DNA of 64,000 bases, taken from an uncultured delta proteobacterium (GTDB taxonomy: Bacteria > Myxococcota_A > Polyangia > Fen-1088). The stretch lies in the NCBI GenBank assembly GCA_963737265.1, contig CAVTRY010000011.1:288001-352000 (forward strand), read 5' to 3'. The position numbers and the translations under genes are program-made. Every line of letters starts with the position of its first letter. Position 1 is the stretch's first letter. This document shows positions 38,171 through 48,048 of the stretch, piece after piece. The notes beneath the pieces are model-generated. The model ran no database searches. It was not told the DNA's origin and saw nothing but the letters and a program-made list of their open reading frames with translations.

Positions 38171-40978
38171 ATGAAGGTCAGCGCAATTTGCACAGGAATC
38201 CTGTTCGTCGGTGCCGCGAGCAATCTTTCCTGTTCGCAGTCCACTGGAAGCGGCACGGGAACCGGCGGCACGGCGGCTTCGGGTGGCGCGACCGTAACAG
38301 GGGGCAAGTCCACCCGAGGTGGCTCTGGAGCCGCGGGCATGCAACTGGGCGGATCGACTTCATCGGGCGGCGCCGGAGGGAGCACACGAACCGCAGGCGG
38401 CACAACGGCGTTCGGCGGAGGTGGTTCGGGCGGTTCCACCCCGGCAGGCGGTGTGGCCGGTGGCCAAGCGGGCACCGGCGCAGGTGGCACGGCGCAGGGT
38501 GGCCAGGCCGGCACCGGAGCGGGGGGCGCAGCCACGGGCGGGCAGGCCGGCGCGACGGCGGGCGGTGGAACGGCGGGCGGTGGCAGTGGCTCTGGCGGCG
38601 CGGGTCCTGGCGGCCAAGGCGGAGGAAGCGCGGCGCCCGGCACGTCGGTCAACAGCTACGACGGGGCGCGAACGACCACCATCAGCTTCGACACCGGCTG
38701 GAAATTCCATCTCGGCGACGTAAGCGGCGCCGAGGCCGTGCCGTTCGACGATTCGTCCTGGACCGCCTTGGACGTGCCCCATGACTGGAGCATCTCGCTG
38801 CCGTTCACCCAGAACTCGCCAGCCGGCGCTGGCGGTGGCAGCCTCAATGGTGGCGCGGGCTGGTACCGAAAGACCTTTGTGTTGCCACCCTCGAGCTCGG
38901 GACAGAAGGTCTTTGTCCAGTTCGATGGCGTCTACATGGACAGCACGGTGTATCTCAACGGCACCCAAATCGGCGCCCGTCCGTACGGATACTCCTCCTT
39001 TGAATGTGACTTCGGGTCCAACGCCAAGTCTGGCGCGTCGAACGTGCTCGCCGTCCGGGTCAATAACCAACAGCCGAGCAGCCGCTGGTACTCGGGAAGC
39101 GGCATCTACCGTCACACCTGGCTCAAGACGGTGAACCCGGTTCGCGTCGCCTACACGGGTGCGTTCGTGACGACGCCGCAGGTCTCGACCACGAGCGCCA
39201 CCGTGAATCTGTCGGTCACCCTCCAGAACGACGGCACGTCGGCTCAGTCCGCCTCGGTCACGAGCTCGATCCACGATAGCACTGGCACGCAAGTGGCCCA
39301 GGGCACGGCGCCGGCAACCTCGGTCGGCGCCGCGGGGACCGCCACGGTGACACAGACCATGACGGTCTCCAACCCGAACATCTGGTCGCTCGCCTCGCCT
39401 ACCCTGTACTCGATGGTCACGACGGTCACGGTGAACGGGGCGGTGGTCGACACGTATACGACGCCCTTCGGGATTCGCACTGTTGCCTTCGACGCCAACA
39501 ATGGCTTCACGCTAAACGGTCAGAGCGTGAAGCTCAACGGCACGTGCAATCACCATGACCTCGGCAGCCTGGGCGCCGCCGTGAACAACCGCGCCATCGA
39601 GAAGCGGCTCCAGATGCTCAAGGCCATGGGCACCAACGCGCTACGCACGTCGCACAACCCGCCCGCGCCCGAGTTTCTCGACATGGCCGACCGCATGGGT
39701 TTTCTCGTGATGGATGAGGCATTCGACTGCTGGGACCAAGGCAAGAACACGTATGACTACGGGCGATTCTTCAATCAGTGGTCCAAGACCGATATCGGCG
39801 ACATGGTGTCGAGAGATCGCAACCATCCAAGCATCGTCATCTGGAGCATCGGAAACGAGATTCCCAATAACAACGAGGCCACCGTCGCGCAAGCGCTTAT
39901 CTCGGCGGTCAAGGCGAAGGACAGCACGCGCGTGATCGGTCAAGCCTTCCAAGGGGCAAACCCCGGCGCCGCGGTCGGGCCGCTAGAAGATGTCATCGGT
40001 CTCAACTACTCACCTTCTGCCTACGACTCGCTTCACTCAAGCCATCCAACCTGGAAGCTGTTTGCCAGCGAGAGCTCGTCCGCGGTGAGAAGTCGTGGCG
40101 TCTACAAGACGCCTGTGACAACGAACATCCTGACATCGAACGACAACCAGTGCTCGTCCTACGACAACAGCGTCGTCGATTGGGGAACCAGCGCGGAAGG
40201 CTCGTGGTCGGCCGTCAACGCGCGAGCCTTCATTGCCGGCGAGTTCATTTGGACCGGGTTCGACTACATCGGCGAGCCCACGCCCTACGACTGGCCGTCG
40301 AAGAACTCGTACTTCGGTGCCATCGACACGGCGGATTTCCCGAAGGACATTTTCTACTTCTACCAGAGCAAGTGGAACGTCGCCGGGCCAACCATGGTCC
40401 ACATCGTGCCGATGGACTGGACGAGCTGGACGGCCGGGCAATCGGTGGCTGTCTTGGTCTATACCAATGCCGACAGCGTCGAGCTCTTCCTGAACGGCAA
40501 GTCGCAAGGTTCGAAGACCATGACCGCCACAACCGGGCATCTTCAGTGGTCGGTCCCATTCGCGACGGGCACGCTCCAGGCGAAGGCCACCAAGGGCGGT
40601 GCGGTCGCCGCGACCGACACCGTGCAGACCGCCGGGGCGGCCGCGGCATTGGCGCTCAAGGCCGACCGCGCTTCGATCGCGGCGGATGGCAGCGACTTGG
40701 CCTTTGTCGAGGTGGACATTGTCGACGCCCAGGGAGTCGTCGTTCCACAAGCCAACAACAGGGTCGACTTCACCATCGGTGGCCCCGGCGCCCTGGTGGG
40801 CCTCGACGCTGGAGATTCGACAAACCACGATTCCTACAAGGGCACCTCGCATGCCGCTTTCAGCGGCAAGCTGATGGCCATCGTTCGCGCCACGACCACG
40901 GCAGGAAAGATCACACTCAAATCGACCTCTGGCTCCCTCACCGGCGGCTCGATAGACATCACGACAGCGACACCCTGA
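38171..40978 (+). CDS. GH2 beta-galactosidase-like lipoprotein with Gly-rich linker
   Basis: VPHDW, GWYRK, FDGVY, SRWYSGSGIYR, HHDLG, RTSHNP, NHPS..WSIGNE, SE and WTGFDY.GE. Confidence 0.93.
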   Translation: MKVSAICTGILFVGAASNLSCSQSTGSGTGTGGTAASGGATVTGGKSTRGGSGAAGMQLGGSTSSGGAGGSTRTAGGTTAFGGGGSGGSTPAGGVAGGQAGTGAGGTAQGGQAGTGAGGAATGGQAGATAGGGTAGGGSGSGGAGPGGQGGGSAAPGTSVNSYDGARTTTISFDTGWKFHLGDVSGAEAVPFDDSSWTALDVPHDWSISLPFTQNSPAGAGGGSLNGGAGWYRKTFVLPPSSSGQKVFVQFDGVYMDSTVYLNGTQIGARPYGYSSFECDFGSNAKSGASNVLAVRVNNQQPSSRWYSGSGIYRHTWLKTVNPVRVAYTGAFVTTPQVSTTSATVNLSVTLQNDGTSAQSASVTSSIHDSTGTQVAQGTAPATSVGAAGTATVTQTMTVSNPNIWSLASPTLYSMVTTVTVNGAVVDTYTTPFGIRTVAFDANNGFTLNGQSVKLNGTCNHHDLGSLGAAVNNRAIEKRLQMLKAMGTNALRTSHNPPAPEFLDMADRMGFLVMDEAFDCWDQGKNTYDYGRFFNQWSKTDIGDMVSRDRNHPSIVIWSIGNEIPNNNEATVAQALISAVKAKDSTRVIGQAFQGANPGAAVGPLEDVIGLNYSPSAYDSLHSSHPTWKLFASESSSAVRSRGVYKTPVTTNILTSNDNQCSSYDNSVVDWGTSAEGSWSAVNARAFIAGEFIWTGFDYIGEPTPYDWPSKNSYFGAIDTADFPKDIFYFYQSKWNVAGPTMVHIVPMDWTSWTAGQSVAVLVYTNADSVELFLNGKSQGSKTMTATTGHLQWSVPFATGTLQAKATKGGAVAATDTVQTAGAAAALALKADRASIAADGSDLAFVEVDIVDAQGVVVPQANNRVDFTIGGPGALVGLDAGDSTNHDSYKGTSHAAFSGKLMAIVRATTTAGKITLKSTSGSLTGGSIDITTATP

Positions 40979-41128
40979 CGAGCCAGGCGGCGGACAGCCC
41001 TGGGCACGAGGGTAGCTTGGGCTGTCGCGAAATTGCGTGTCGTCCGAACGGCCAGCCCGCGAAACGCAGGTCGCGCGCCGCACCCGCGCCAAAGCCGAGC
41101 CAGACGCGTCGCGTTCACCGAATCCAGG

Positions 41129-42520
41129 CTAGGTCGTGGGGGTTGTCGCCGTGCGCTTGCGGCGCAGTTTCTCGACCAGGGTGGTGCGGTTCAGTCCCAG
41201 CAATTCCGCCGCTCGATTCTTGTTGCCGCCCGTGCGTTCGAGCGCTTCGGCGATCATGCGATCCTCGACCGCTTCCAACATCGTACGGAGGTCGGTTCCA
41301 TCGGTGGGAAGGTCGGGGATGGGTGTCACCGACGGGCCAATGCGACCCGATCCGGAATGACGCAAATTCATGGGCAGGTCGGACAAGCCAATGGTTCCCG
41401 TGCCTTTGAGGATGACCAGGCGCTCAACAAGGTTCTCGAGCTCGCGGATGTTGCCGGGCCAACCATAGCGTTTGAGCGCAACCATGGTGTCTGGCTGTAC
41501 GCCAACCACGCTGCGGCGGTTCTTCTCGTTGAAGCGCTTGACGAAATGCTCGCATAGCAGAGGGATGTCGCTGGGCCGATGTCGGAGTGGAGGCACTTCA
41601 ATCGGGATGACGTTGAGGCGCCAAAAGAGATCCGCCCGAAAACGTCCGGCCGCGACTTCGGAATCGAGCTTGCGGTTGGTCGCCGCCAGGATGCGCACGT
41701 CGACCTTCTGGTCGTTTTCGTCACCCACTGGCCGCACCAAGCCATCTTGAATCAGGCGCAGCAGCTTGGCCTGAACCGCCGACTCCATCTCTCCGATTTC
41801 GTCGAGCAGAATCGTTCCGCCATCGGCCTCGGCGAAGCGACCGACGCGCGAGCTCGTGGCGCCAGTGAACGCTCCGCGTGCGTGTCCAAAGAGTTCCGAT
41901 TCGACCAAGTTGACTGGAATGGCCGCGCAGTTCACAGCGACGAAGGCCTCCTCGGAGCGCGCCGATCCGGCGACCAGCGACCGGGCGACGAGCTCCTTGC
42001 CTGTGCCTGACTCTCCCGTGATGAGAACCGTGCAGCTGGTGTCGGCCACTTGGGCAAGCAGGGAGAGCACACTTAGCATGGCGGGATCGTTGCCGAGCAG
42101 CCACGGCGCCGTTCGGTCGCGCCACGCAATGGGATCTGGACCATCCATCTGGGTCGCGGTGCTCGAGAACCCGAGAGCGCTGGCGAGAACTTCCTCCAGG
42201 CTTTTGAGCTCGACCGGCTTGACGAGAAAGTCGCGTGCGCCAGCACGCATCGCGCGCACCGCATCTGTGACTTCGGCGCTACCGCTCATCACGATGACTG
42301 GCGTCATGGGCGATTTCAGACGAACAGCGTCCAGAATTCCGAATCCATCCACGCCGGGCATGCGCAGATCCGTCACCACGGCATCGAAATTCTCGCGGTC
42401 GAGCTTCGCCAGCCCGCCCGGACCGTCCGCGGTCACGACATCGAATGAAACCGAACGCAGAAGGCGCGCCATGCCGCGGCACAGTGCTTCTTCGTCGTCA
42501 CAGAGCAAAACCTTCGCCAT
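41129..42520 (-). CDS. NtrC-family sigma-54-dependent response regulator
   Basis: REC domain (DD, TDLRMP, KP); [20 protein letters not shown] and [10 protein letters not shown]; Fis-type HTH. Confidence 0.95.
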   Translation of the reverse strand: MAKVLLCDDEEALCRGMARLLRSVSFDVVTADGPGGLAKLDRENFDAVVTDLRMPGVDGFGILDAVRLKSPMTPVIVMSGSAEVTDAVRAMRAGARDFLVKPVELKSLEEVLASALGFSSTATQMDGPDPIAWRDRTAPWLLGNDPAMLSVLSLLAQVADTSCTVLITGESGTGKELVARSLVAGSARSEEAFVAVNCAAIPVNLVESELFGHARGAFTGATSSRVGRFAEADGGTILLDEIGEMESAVQAKLLRLIQDGLVRPVGDENDQKVDVRILAATNRKLDSEVAAGRFRADLFWRLNVIPIEVPPLRHRPSDIPLLCEHFVKRFNEKNRRSVVGVQPDTMVALKRYGWPGNIRELENLVERLVILKGTGTIGLSDLPMNLRHSGSGRIGPSVTPIPDLPTDGTDLRTMLEAVEDRMIAEALERTGGNKNRAAELLGLNRTTLVEKLRRKRTATTPTT

Positions 42521-42691
42521 ACGGTGATGCCTCGAACTCCCAATCCGATTCTACACGTTGTCTCGAATGGAGGGAGAGACAGCATGTGGAAATTGAATTT
42601 CGAGCCGGCTGATTGTGACGCTACGGGGAGCGGCGGTCAAGGTGCTTCATACAGGCATTCGTGATTGGTCGTCGCGCTATCCACATCGCAA

Positions 42692-42774
42692 ATCACAGCG
42701 AACATCACAGCGAACATCACAGCGAACATCACACCGCTCATCACATCGCTCATCGTATCGCTCATCAAAAGCTC
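42692..42774. repeat. 12-bp tandem repeat: 3 perfect plus ~4 degenerate copies
   Basis: ATCACAGCGAAC x3, then ATCACACCGCTC, ATCACATCGCTC, ATCGTATCGCTC and ATCAAAAGCTC. Confidence 0.85.
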
Positions 42775-42789
42775 ACATCAAAGCGGAGA

Positions 42790-42804
42790 TGGCACATCGG
42801 CTGC
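42790..42804 (+). promoter_or_regulatory. Putative sigma-54 (-24/-12) promoter
   Basis: TGGCAC-ATCGG-CTGC fits GG-N10-GC and is divergent from a sigma-54 activator gene. Confidence 0.55.
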
Positions 42805-42928
42805 CGAGTCATCATGTCTCGTCTCCACGTCTCGTCTCCTTTCTGGGTGTGCGGCGTAGCGCGCTCCCACGCCGCCGCCGAAGGATTGCTGCTTGATCGC
42901 ACCATCCCGCTTGCGTATATCTCCTGCC

Positions 42929-44776
42929 ATGGCCGACCCGGTGCGCACGCTGCTTTTGGAAATCGAGGAACAGTGCAGGCGAATGCCTGGCGTCCAACTT
43001 GTCGCCGCCCTGGGGGGCCAGGCGCGACTCGACAAACTCAGGCCGCAATTTCCGAGCGCGATCTCGCCGGGGTACGCCGCCTTCGCCTCTCGCTATGACG
43101 GCGGGACGCTGGCCCGACCACCGGTGCCGGCAGACGCTCAGGTTTCCTTGGATAATTCTGTAGTCTCGACAAAGTCTCCGGAAGGCAATCAGCAAGGCAT
43201 GGCCAGCGACGATGGCGTGTATCTGCAACTTCTGACCTTCGAGGAAAGCCAGCGGCTCCTGCGCGAAGCCGGGCAGCCGTCCGACTGGAAGGGGCTGTGG
43301 CCTGTGGCCCGCCGCGGTCCGCGTATTTTCGCGCTGGATTTCGAAGCCAGCCCGGACGGTGAACAGCCGGTGGTCGAGGTCGCCGATCGCAGCGTGGACA
43401 GGGTGGGAAGCAGCTTCCTGCGCTTTCTTTCCGCTTGCTTGGGCGAAATCACCTTGGGCGAAAGCGCCGACCCGATGGTTCTTGCGAGCGAGCTTTGCCG
43501 GCGCGATCCCGGCCTGGCCGAACATTGGGTTCATCTCATCGACTTTCTCGAGGACGCTGGTCGCAAGAGCGAAATCGACGCCGTCCTCGACGAGGCGCTT
43601 CGCTGCGCCAGTCCGCCCGGGCCGGCCCTGGTGATTCAAGTCGCCCTGCGCGCGCTCAACAAGGGCGACACCGTCCGCGCCCTGGCTGCCATCGAGGATG
43701 CTCTTGGACTGGAACCGCTCACCGCGCGTGACGATGACGCTCGCCTGGACGCGGCGGCGATCCTGCTCGTGCTGGCCGAGCAGCGCGGTGACGACAAGGC
43801 CAAGGCGCGGGCGCGCGAAGTGCTCGGCACCGCCGCCTCGTCGACCGGCGCGTACTGGCGGGGCGAGGCCTTGCGTGCCTACGTTTTGGGGGACGCAGAG
43901 CGGGCGCGGCTGGCCTCGCAGGTGGTTGCGGTTCTGGTCAGCGGCGATGAGGATCTCCCGCGTATGGCTCAGCCCAATCCGAGCTTGCCCAACCTGACCA
44001 GTGCGCTGCGAGCGCTGCTCAAGGCGCGCGAAGCGATCGAACAAGGCGATCTCGACGAGGCCACTCGTCAGGCGCGGATGGCGGTCAGGGATCGGCCAGA
44101 CCTCGGCGTCTGTCACGCGGTGCTGGCCGAGACGCTGAACGCCGCGCGGGATCGCGGTGCGCTCGAAGCGGCCCGCCGCGCAACCGAGCTCAACCCCGCG
44201 CTGGTGGACGGCTGGCGCGAGCTCGGCGACGCCTACCTCGAAGCTCGCCAAGCAGGGAAAGCCGAAGCCGCCTACCGCGAAGCCCTGGCCCGCGACGAGA
44301 GCTACGCGCTCGCGCGCGCCAAGCTGGCGCAGGCCCTGCTGGAGCAAAGTCGATCGCGTGAAGCCCTGGAGATGGCTCTTTCGGCCGAAGATCGCGGCGG
44401 CGATGCCTTCATGGTCGCAGCCATCCGCGGCGACATTCTGGCCGAGATGAGTCGCCACGACGAGGCGGCGGAATCCTACGACCGGGCGCTGCGCATGGAG
44501 CCCGAGGATCATTGGGTCTTACATCAGGCCGCCATCGCCCACAGCCGCGCCGGCAACGACGAGCGCGCGGTCGGCCTTTTCGAGCAGGCGCTGCGCTACG
44601 ACCGCGACGGGTGCCATCAAACTCTCGTCGATTATGGCGACCTTCTGCGACGGGTCGGGCGCATTGGCGACGCCGTCCGCATGTACCGCAAGGCCGTGGC
44701 AGCCGTGCCAAGCGATCCCGACTGGCGACGTGTTCTGCGCGAGGCCGAGCGCGAGCTGATGGCAGCGCCGAACTGA
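42929..44776 (+). CDS. TPR-repeat protein with N-terminal SMI1/KNR4-like domain
   Basis: P.Y..F..RYDGG and FALD......GEQPVV......SFL.FL pattern, followed by multiple TPRs. Confidence 0.75.
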   Translation: MADPVRTLLLEIEEQCRRMPGVQLVAALGGQARLDKLRPQFPSAISPGYAAFASRYDGGTLARPPVPADAQVSLDNSVVSTKSPEGNQQGMASDDGVYLQLLTFEESQRLLREAGQPSDWKGLWPVARRGPRIFALDFEASPDGEQPVVEVADRSVDRVGSSFLRFLSACLGEITLGESADPMVLASELCRRDPGLAEHWVHLIDFLEDAGRKSEIDAVLDEALRCASPPGPALVIQVALRALNKGDTVRALAAIEDALGLEPLTARDDDARLDAAAILLVLAEQRGDDKAKARAREVLGTAASSTGAYWRGEALRAYVLGDAERARLASQVVAVLVSGDEDLPRMAQPNPSLPNLTSALRALLKAREAIEQGDLDEATRQARMAVRDRPDLGVCHAVLAETLNAARDRGALEAARRATELNPALVDGWRELGDAYLEARQAGKAEAAYREALARDESYALARAKLAQALLEQSRSREALEMALSAEDRGGDAFMVAAIRGDILAEMSRHDEAAESYDRALRMEPEDHWVLHQAAIAHSRAGNDERAVGLFEQALRYDRDGCHQTLVDYGDLLRRVGRIGDAVRMYRKAVAAVPSDPDWRRVLREAERELMAAPN

Positions 44777-44851
44777 AGAAGCCAGGAAGAAACTGAGGGC
44801 AGGTAACCCGGTCGCGTGCAGACCCGAAGGTCCGCACGCGCGGGCCGCCAT

Positions 44852-44887
44852 GACTGCCATGACGACTGCCATGACGACTGCCATGAC
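44852..44887. repeat. Perfect 12-bp tandem repeat x3
   Basis: GACTGCCATGAC x3 between convergent genes. Confidence 0.85.
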
Positions 44888-44978
44888 CGAGGCACTGGAC
44901 GAGCAGAAGCTGGACGTCGGGCGGGTCCTCACCGAAAGCGGCGCGAGGACATCGTCTCTCATCACGCCGAACAAAAAC

Positions 44979-46005
44979 TCACCGACTGCGCCGCGTGTGG
45001 CTGGGGACGCGGGCGAGGTGGAGGCCGAACCAGTGTCGCTCGTCGTACCAGGTTCGCTCCAGGCGAAAGCCGGCGTCGACGAGCAGGCGATTGATCGTCG
45101 CGCGCGTGAACTTGTAGCTCGAACTCGGTGTGAATGCGCTGGCCGGGCGCGAAGTGAATTTCGGCGCCCACGGTCCCGAGCGACACGTTTTGCGCGCCCA
45201 CACTGGCCAGATAAAGCTCGATGCGGGAGGCGGCGCGATTCCAGCGCACCACGTGCTCGAAGCGATCGACATCGAACGTGGCGCCCACGTCGCGATTGAT
45301 GCGCACGAGCACGTTCTTGTTGAACCGGGCCGTCACCCCTTGGGCGTCGTCATAGGCAGGCAGCAAGATCGACTCGGCCTTGCGCAGATCCGCGCCGATG
45401 AGGAACGCGTCGCCTGGCAGCAGACGACGACGGATCGCCCGCAATAGCTTCCGCGCCGACGGGGGATCATAGTTTCCGAGGTTCGAGCCCAGAAACAGCA
45501 GCAGTCGCTGTCCGGCGGGCGCATCGAGAAAACCCAGCTCCTCGGGATAGCGGGCCACCACCGGCCGCACGGTCAGCCGCCGGAACCGCGTCAACTCGGA
45601 TTGCGCCAGGGACAGCGCCGCCGCCGAAACGTCGACCGGCGTAAAGGTGACGCGGGCCTGGCGGTCGAGCAGCGCCGCCAGCACCAGACGCGTTTTCGAA
45701 GCCGTGCCCGCGCCCAGCTCGATCACCGTCGGGGGTGCACCGGCCGCCTCGATGATCTCGCCAGCGTGGCGGGCCAGAATACCCCGCTCGGTACGCGTCA
45801 GGTAGTACTCGGGAAGTGCGGTGATGTCCTCGAATAGCGCCGAGCCCTGCACATCGTAGAGCAGCCAGGGCGGAAGGCGCATGCGGGGCCGCAGCAGGCC
45901 CTCGCGCACGGCATCGGCCACGGCGCGCACCGTGGCGGCAGCGACGGAACGAAACGCCGGGGCGGCACGTTGACCGGCCCAGACCTCGGCGCTCGCGCTG
46001 GTCAC
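44979..46005 (-). CDS. egtD: L-histidine N-alpha-methyltransferase (ergothioneine biosynthesis); +1 frameshift at ~45122
   Basis: YD..GSALFE.IT.LPEYYLTR.E, ELGAG, FLGS.LGN and AYDD..GVTA.FN; repair restores IHTESSYKF and gives 341 aa. Confidence 0.9.
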
Positions 46006-47261
46006 GCGTCACGCGCCAGGCGAATCCCGCTGGCCTGCCAGCGAGCCGCCGGCGGAAAGAAGTTGCGATAGCTCTGCCGCATGTGACTCGACGGCGTGAA
46101 ACACGATCCCCCTCGCAGCACCATCTGGTTGCACATGAATTTTCCGTTGTACTCGCCGATCGCGCCGGCGGGCGCTCGATAACCGGGATAGGCAACGTAA
46201 GGGCTCTGGGTCCAGACCCACGTGTCCCCGAAAAAGTTGCTGCCCCGGGCGGCCGGGTGGTAACGCCCGCTTTCGACGAAATTCCCGAGCAAAGGCTCTT
46301 CCGCCGCCACGTGCTCCCACTCCTCCTCGGTGGGAAGCCGGGCCTCGGCCCAGCGCGCGAACGCGTCTGCCTCGAAGTAGCTGACGTGGACGACCGGCTC
46401 CATCGGATCTACGGGGCGCGGGCCGGCCAGCGTATAGCTCGCCCACTCTGGGTTCCCGTCGCTGCCGCCCTCGCCCGGCCGCCAGTAAAGCGGCGCCCGC
46501 CACTGTTCCCGCTGACACAGCAGCCAACCGTCGGAGAGCCAGAGCTCCGGGCGCCGATACCCTCCATCGCGCATGAAGCGGAGGTACTCGCCGCAGGTGA
46601 CGAGCCGATCGGCCAGCGCGAACGATCGCAAGTACGCCTTGTGCCGTGGCCCTTCGTTGTCGAAAGCGAAGCCGGGTCCTTCGTGCCCAATCGCGACGAC
46701 GCCGCCTCTGAAGGTCCGAAACGTCGTGGGCCGATGCTCCACATCGACGTCCGGCTCGCGTGCGGCAAGGCTGTCCGAAAAGGCGCCATACGCCGGCTGA
46801 AGCGGATTGTTGCCGAGGGCGTGTTTGATGTCCGTCAGCAGCAGCTCCTGGTGCTGCTGCTCGTGATGAAGCCCGAGCTCGATTGTGGTCAGGACGGTCG
46901 GCGAGGCGTTCCCCTTTTCGAGCAGGTGCATCACCGCATCGTCCACCTGACGGCGGTAGACGCGAACCTCCGTCAGCGACGGTCGCGACAATGTCCCGCG
47001 GCGCGCGCGCTCGAACCTTTCGCCGATGGCTTCGTAGTACGAATTGAAGAGCATCCGATAGCGCGGATCGGGCGATCGGTAACCACCGGCCGCGTCCACG
47101 GTCAGCACGAAGGTCTCGAAGAACCAGCCCGTGTGCGCGAGGTGCCACTTGGTCGGGCTGGCGTCCGGCATCGACTGAACTTGCTGATCTTCGGCCGAAA
47201 GGGGATCGGCCAGGGCCTCGGTTTGCGCGCGCACGGCACGGTATTGGTCGAGCAATCGCAT
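46002..47261 (-). CDS. egtB: Ergothioneine sulfoxide synthase
   Basis: QSMPDASPTKWHLAHT, FNSYY, HHEQQHQELL, EYNGKFM and RNFFPP; GTGA overlap with egtD. Confidence 0.92.
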   Translation of the reverse strand: MRLLDQYRAVRAQTEALADPLSAEDQQVQSMPDASPTKWHLAHTGWFFETFVLTVDAAGGYRSPDPRYRMLFNSYYEAIGERFERARRGTLSRPSLTEVRVYRRQVDDAVMHLLEKGNASPTVLTTIELGLHHEQQHQELLLTDIKHALGNNPLQPAYGAFSDSLAAREPDVDVEHRPTTFRTFRGGVVAIGHEGPGFAFDNEGPRHKAYLRSFALADRLVTCGEYLRFMRDGGYRRPELWLSDGWLLCQREQWRAPLYWRPGEGGSDGNPEWASYTLAGPRPVDPMEPVVHVSYFEADAFARWAEARLPTEEEWEHVAAEEPLLGNFVESGRYHPAARGSNFFGDTWVWTQSPYVAYPGYRAPAGAIGEYNGKFMCNQMVLRGGSCFTPSSHMRQSYRNFFPPAARWQASGIRLARDA

Positions 47262-47338
47262 AATGGAGGGGCTGAAGATAGCGCCGAAATCCCGTCGCGG
47301 GAGGGAGACTGCGTCAGGAAAGCAAACGGGGCGCGGAG

Positions 47339-47431
47339 GAACCATCCGCCTTGCTTGAAACCCTCCTCACCGGTCGGGTCCTGTACGACTCCGTCGAGCG
47401 CAACATTCTCGCTGATGACAATCTTTCCCAT
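47339..47431 (-). pseudogene. 5' remnant (~31 codons) of a dihydrofolate reductase/RibD C-terminal family gene
   Basis: MGKIVISENVALDGVVQDPTGEEGFKQGGWF, after which similarity is lost and the frame runs into egtB. Confidence 0.7.
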
Positions 47432-47437
47432 TTTGAC

Positions 47438-47884
47438 CTATTCCTCCGGATTGGGCTGTCCTTTGCCCGTCGCAACCAGGCTGCGCAGACTGTCGTTGAC
47501 GTAATACCCCCAAGCGCCCGAACAGCCGCCGTAACATTCGAAGGTCGGAACCAGACCGACGTGCGTGAAGCGGAGCTCGGTCTTTCCGCGCTTCCTGGTA
47601 ATCTCGAAGACTATCTCCGTGCCGTTCCATTCGGTCTTGTCCTTGACGAAGTTGAGCTTGGCGTCCGTGACGTGCCACACGATTCGCTTTCCCGGCACCA
47701 GCTCGGTGATCTTCTGGGTGCTGCGGTGAACGTCCTTGTAGCGGTAACTGAACTCGGCGCCGAGCTCGTCGGTGCTGCCGTCGATTTCTCCTGACCACCA
47801 TTCACGGACGTTGTTGACGGCTGCGAAGACTTCTTCGGGAGACTGATCGACGGTAAAAGAGGTCGTAAAATTGCGCGTGCTCAT
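47438..47884 (-). CDS. SRPBCC/AHSA1 domain protein
   Basis: GGAGG RBS; VREWWS, ELVPG.RIVW, EW.GT, FTH.GL and CS.AW.YY. Confidence 0.85.
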   Translation of the reverse strand: MSTRNFTTSFTVDQSPEEVFAAVNNVREWWSGEIDGSTDELGAEFSYRYKDVHRSTQKITELVPGKRIVWHVTDAKLNFVKDKTEWNGTEIVFEITRKRGKTELRFTHVGLVPTFECYGGCSGAWGYYVNDSLRSLVATGKGQPNPEE

Positions 47885-48048
47885 GATTTTTCCTCCGTTG
47901 CGATGCGGGTGTGAAGTTCGGTTCGACCTTCTGAAGCCAAGACGACATGGGGGCCGAAATTTCATCGCCCTGTTCATCGAAATCTTCTTTGCGCCGGACG
48001 TCTGCGTCGGCGGCAACCTCGGGGGGGCTCGCGGCATCTTCCAGACAG

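Noticed and set aside
42692-42774. Possible CRISPR array
   Set aside because: The units are contiguous 12-mers without spacers, and there are no cas genes in the window.
32571-44512. Long antisense/overlapping ORFs (e.g. 32571-34361 +, 36687-38132 -, 42812-44512 -)
   Set aside because: Shadow frames typical of high-GC coding DNA, each lying opposite a better-supported gene.
44979-47261. Selenoneine or ovothiol cluster
   Set aside because: No senB/senC nearby and no C-terminal methyltransferase fusion; the pair fits plain egtB/egtD.
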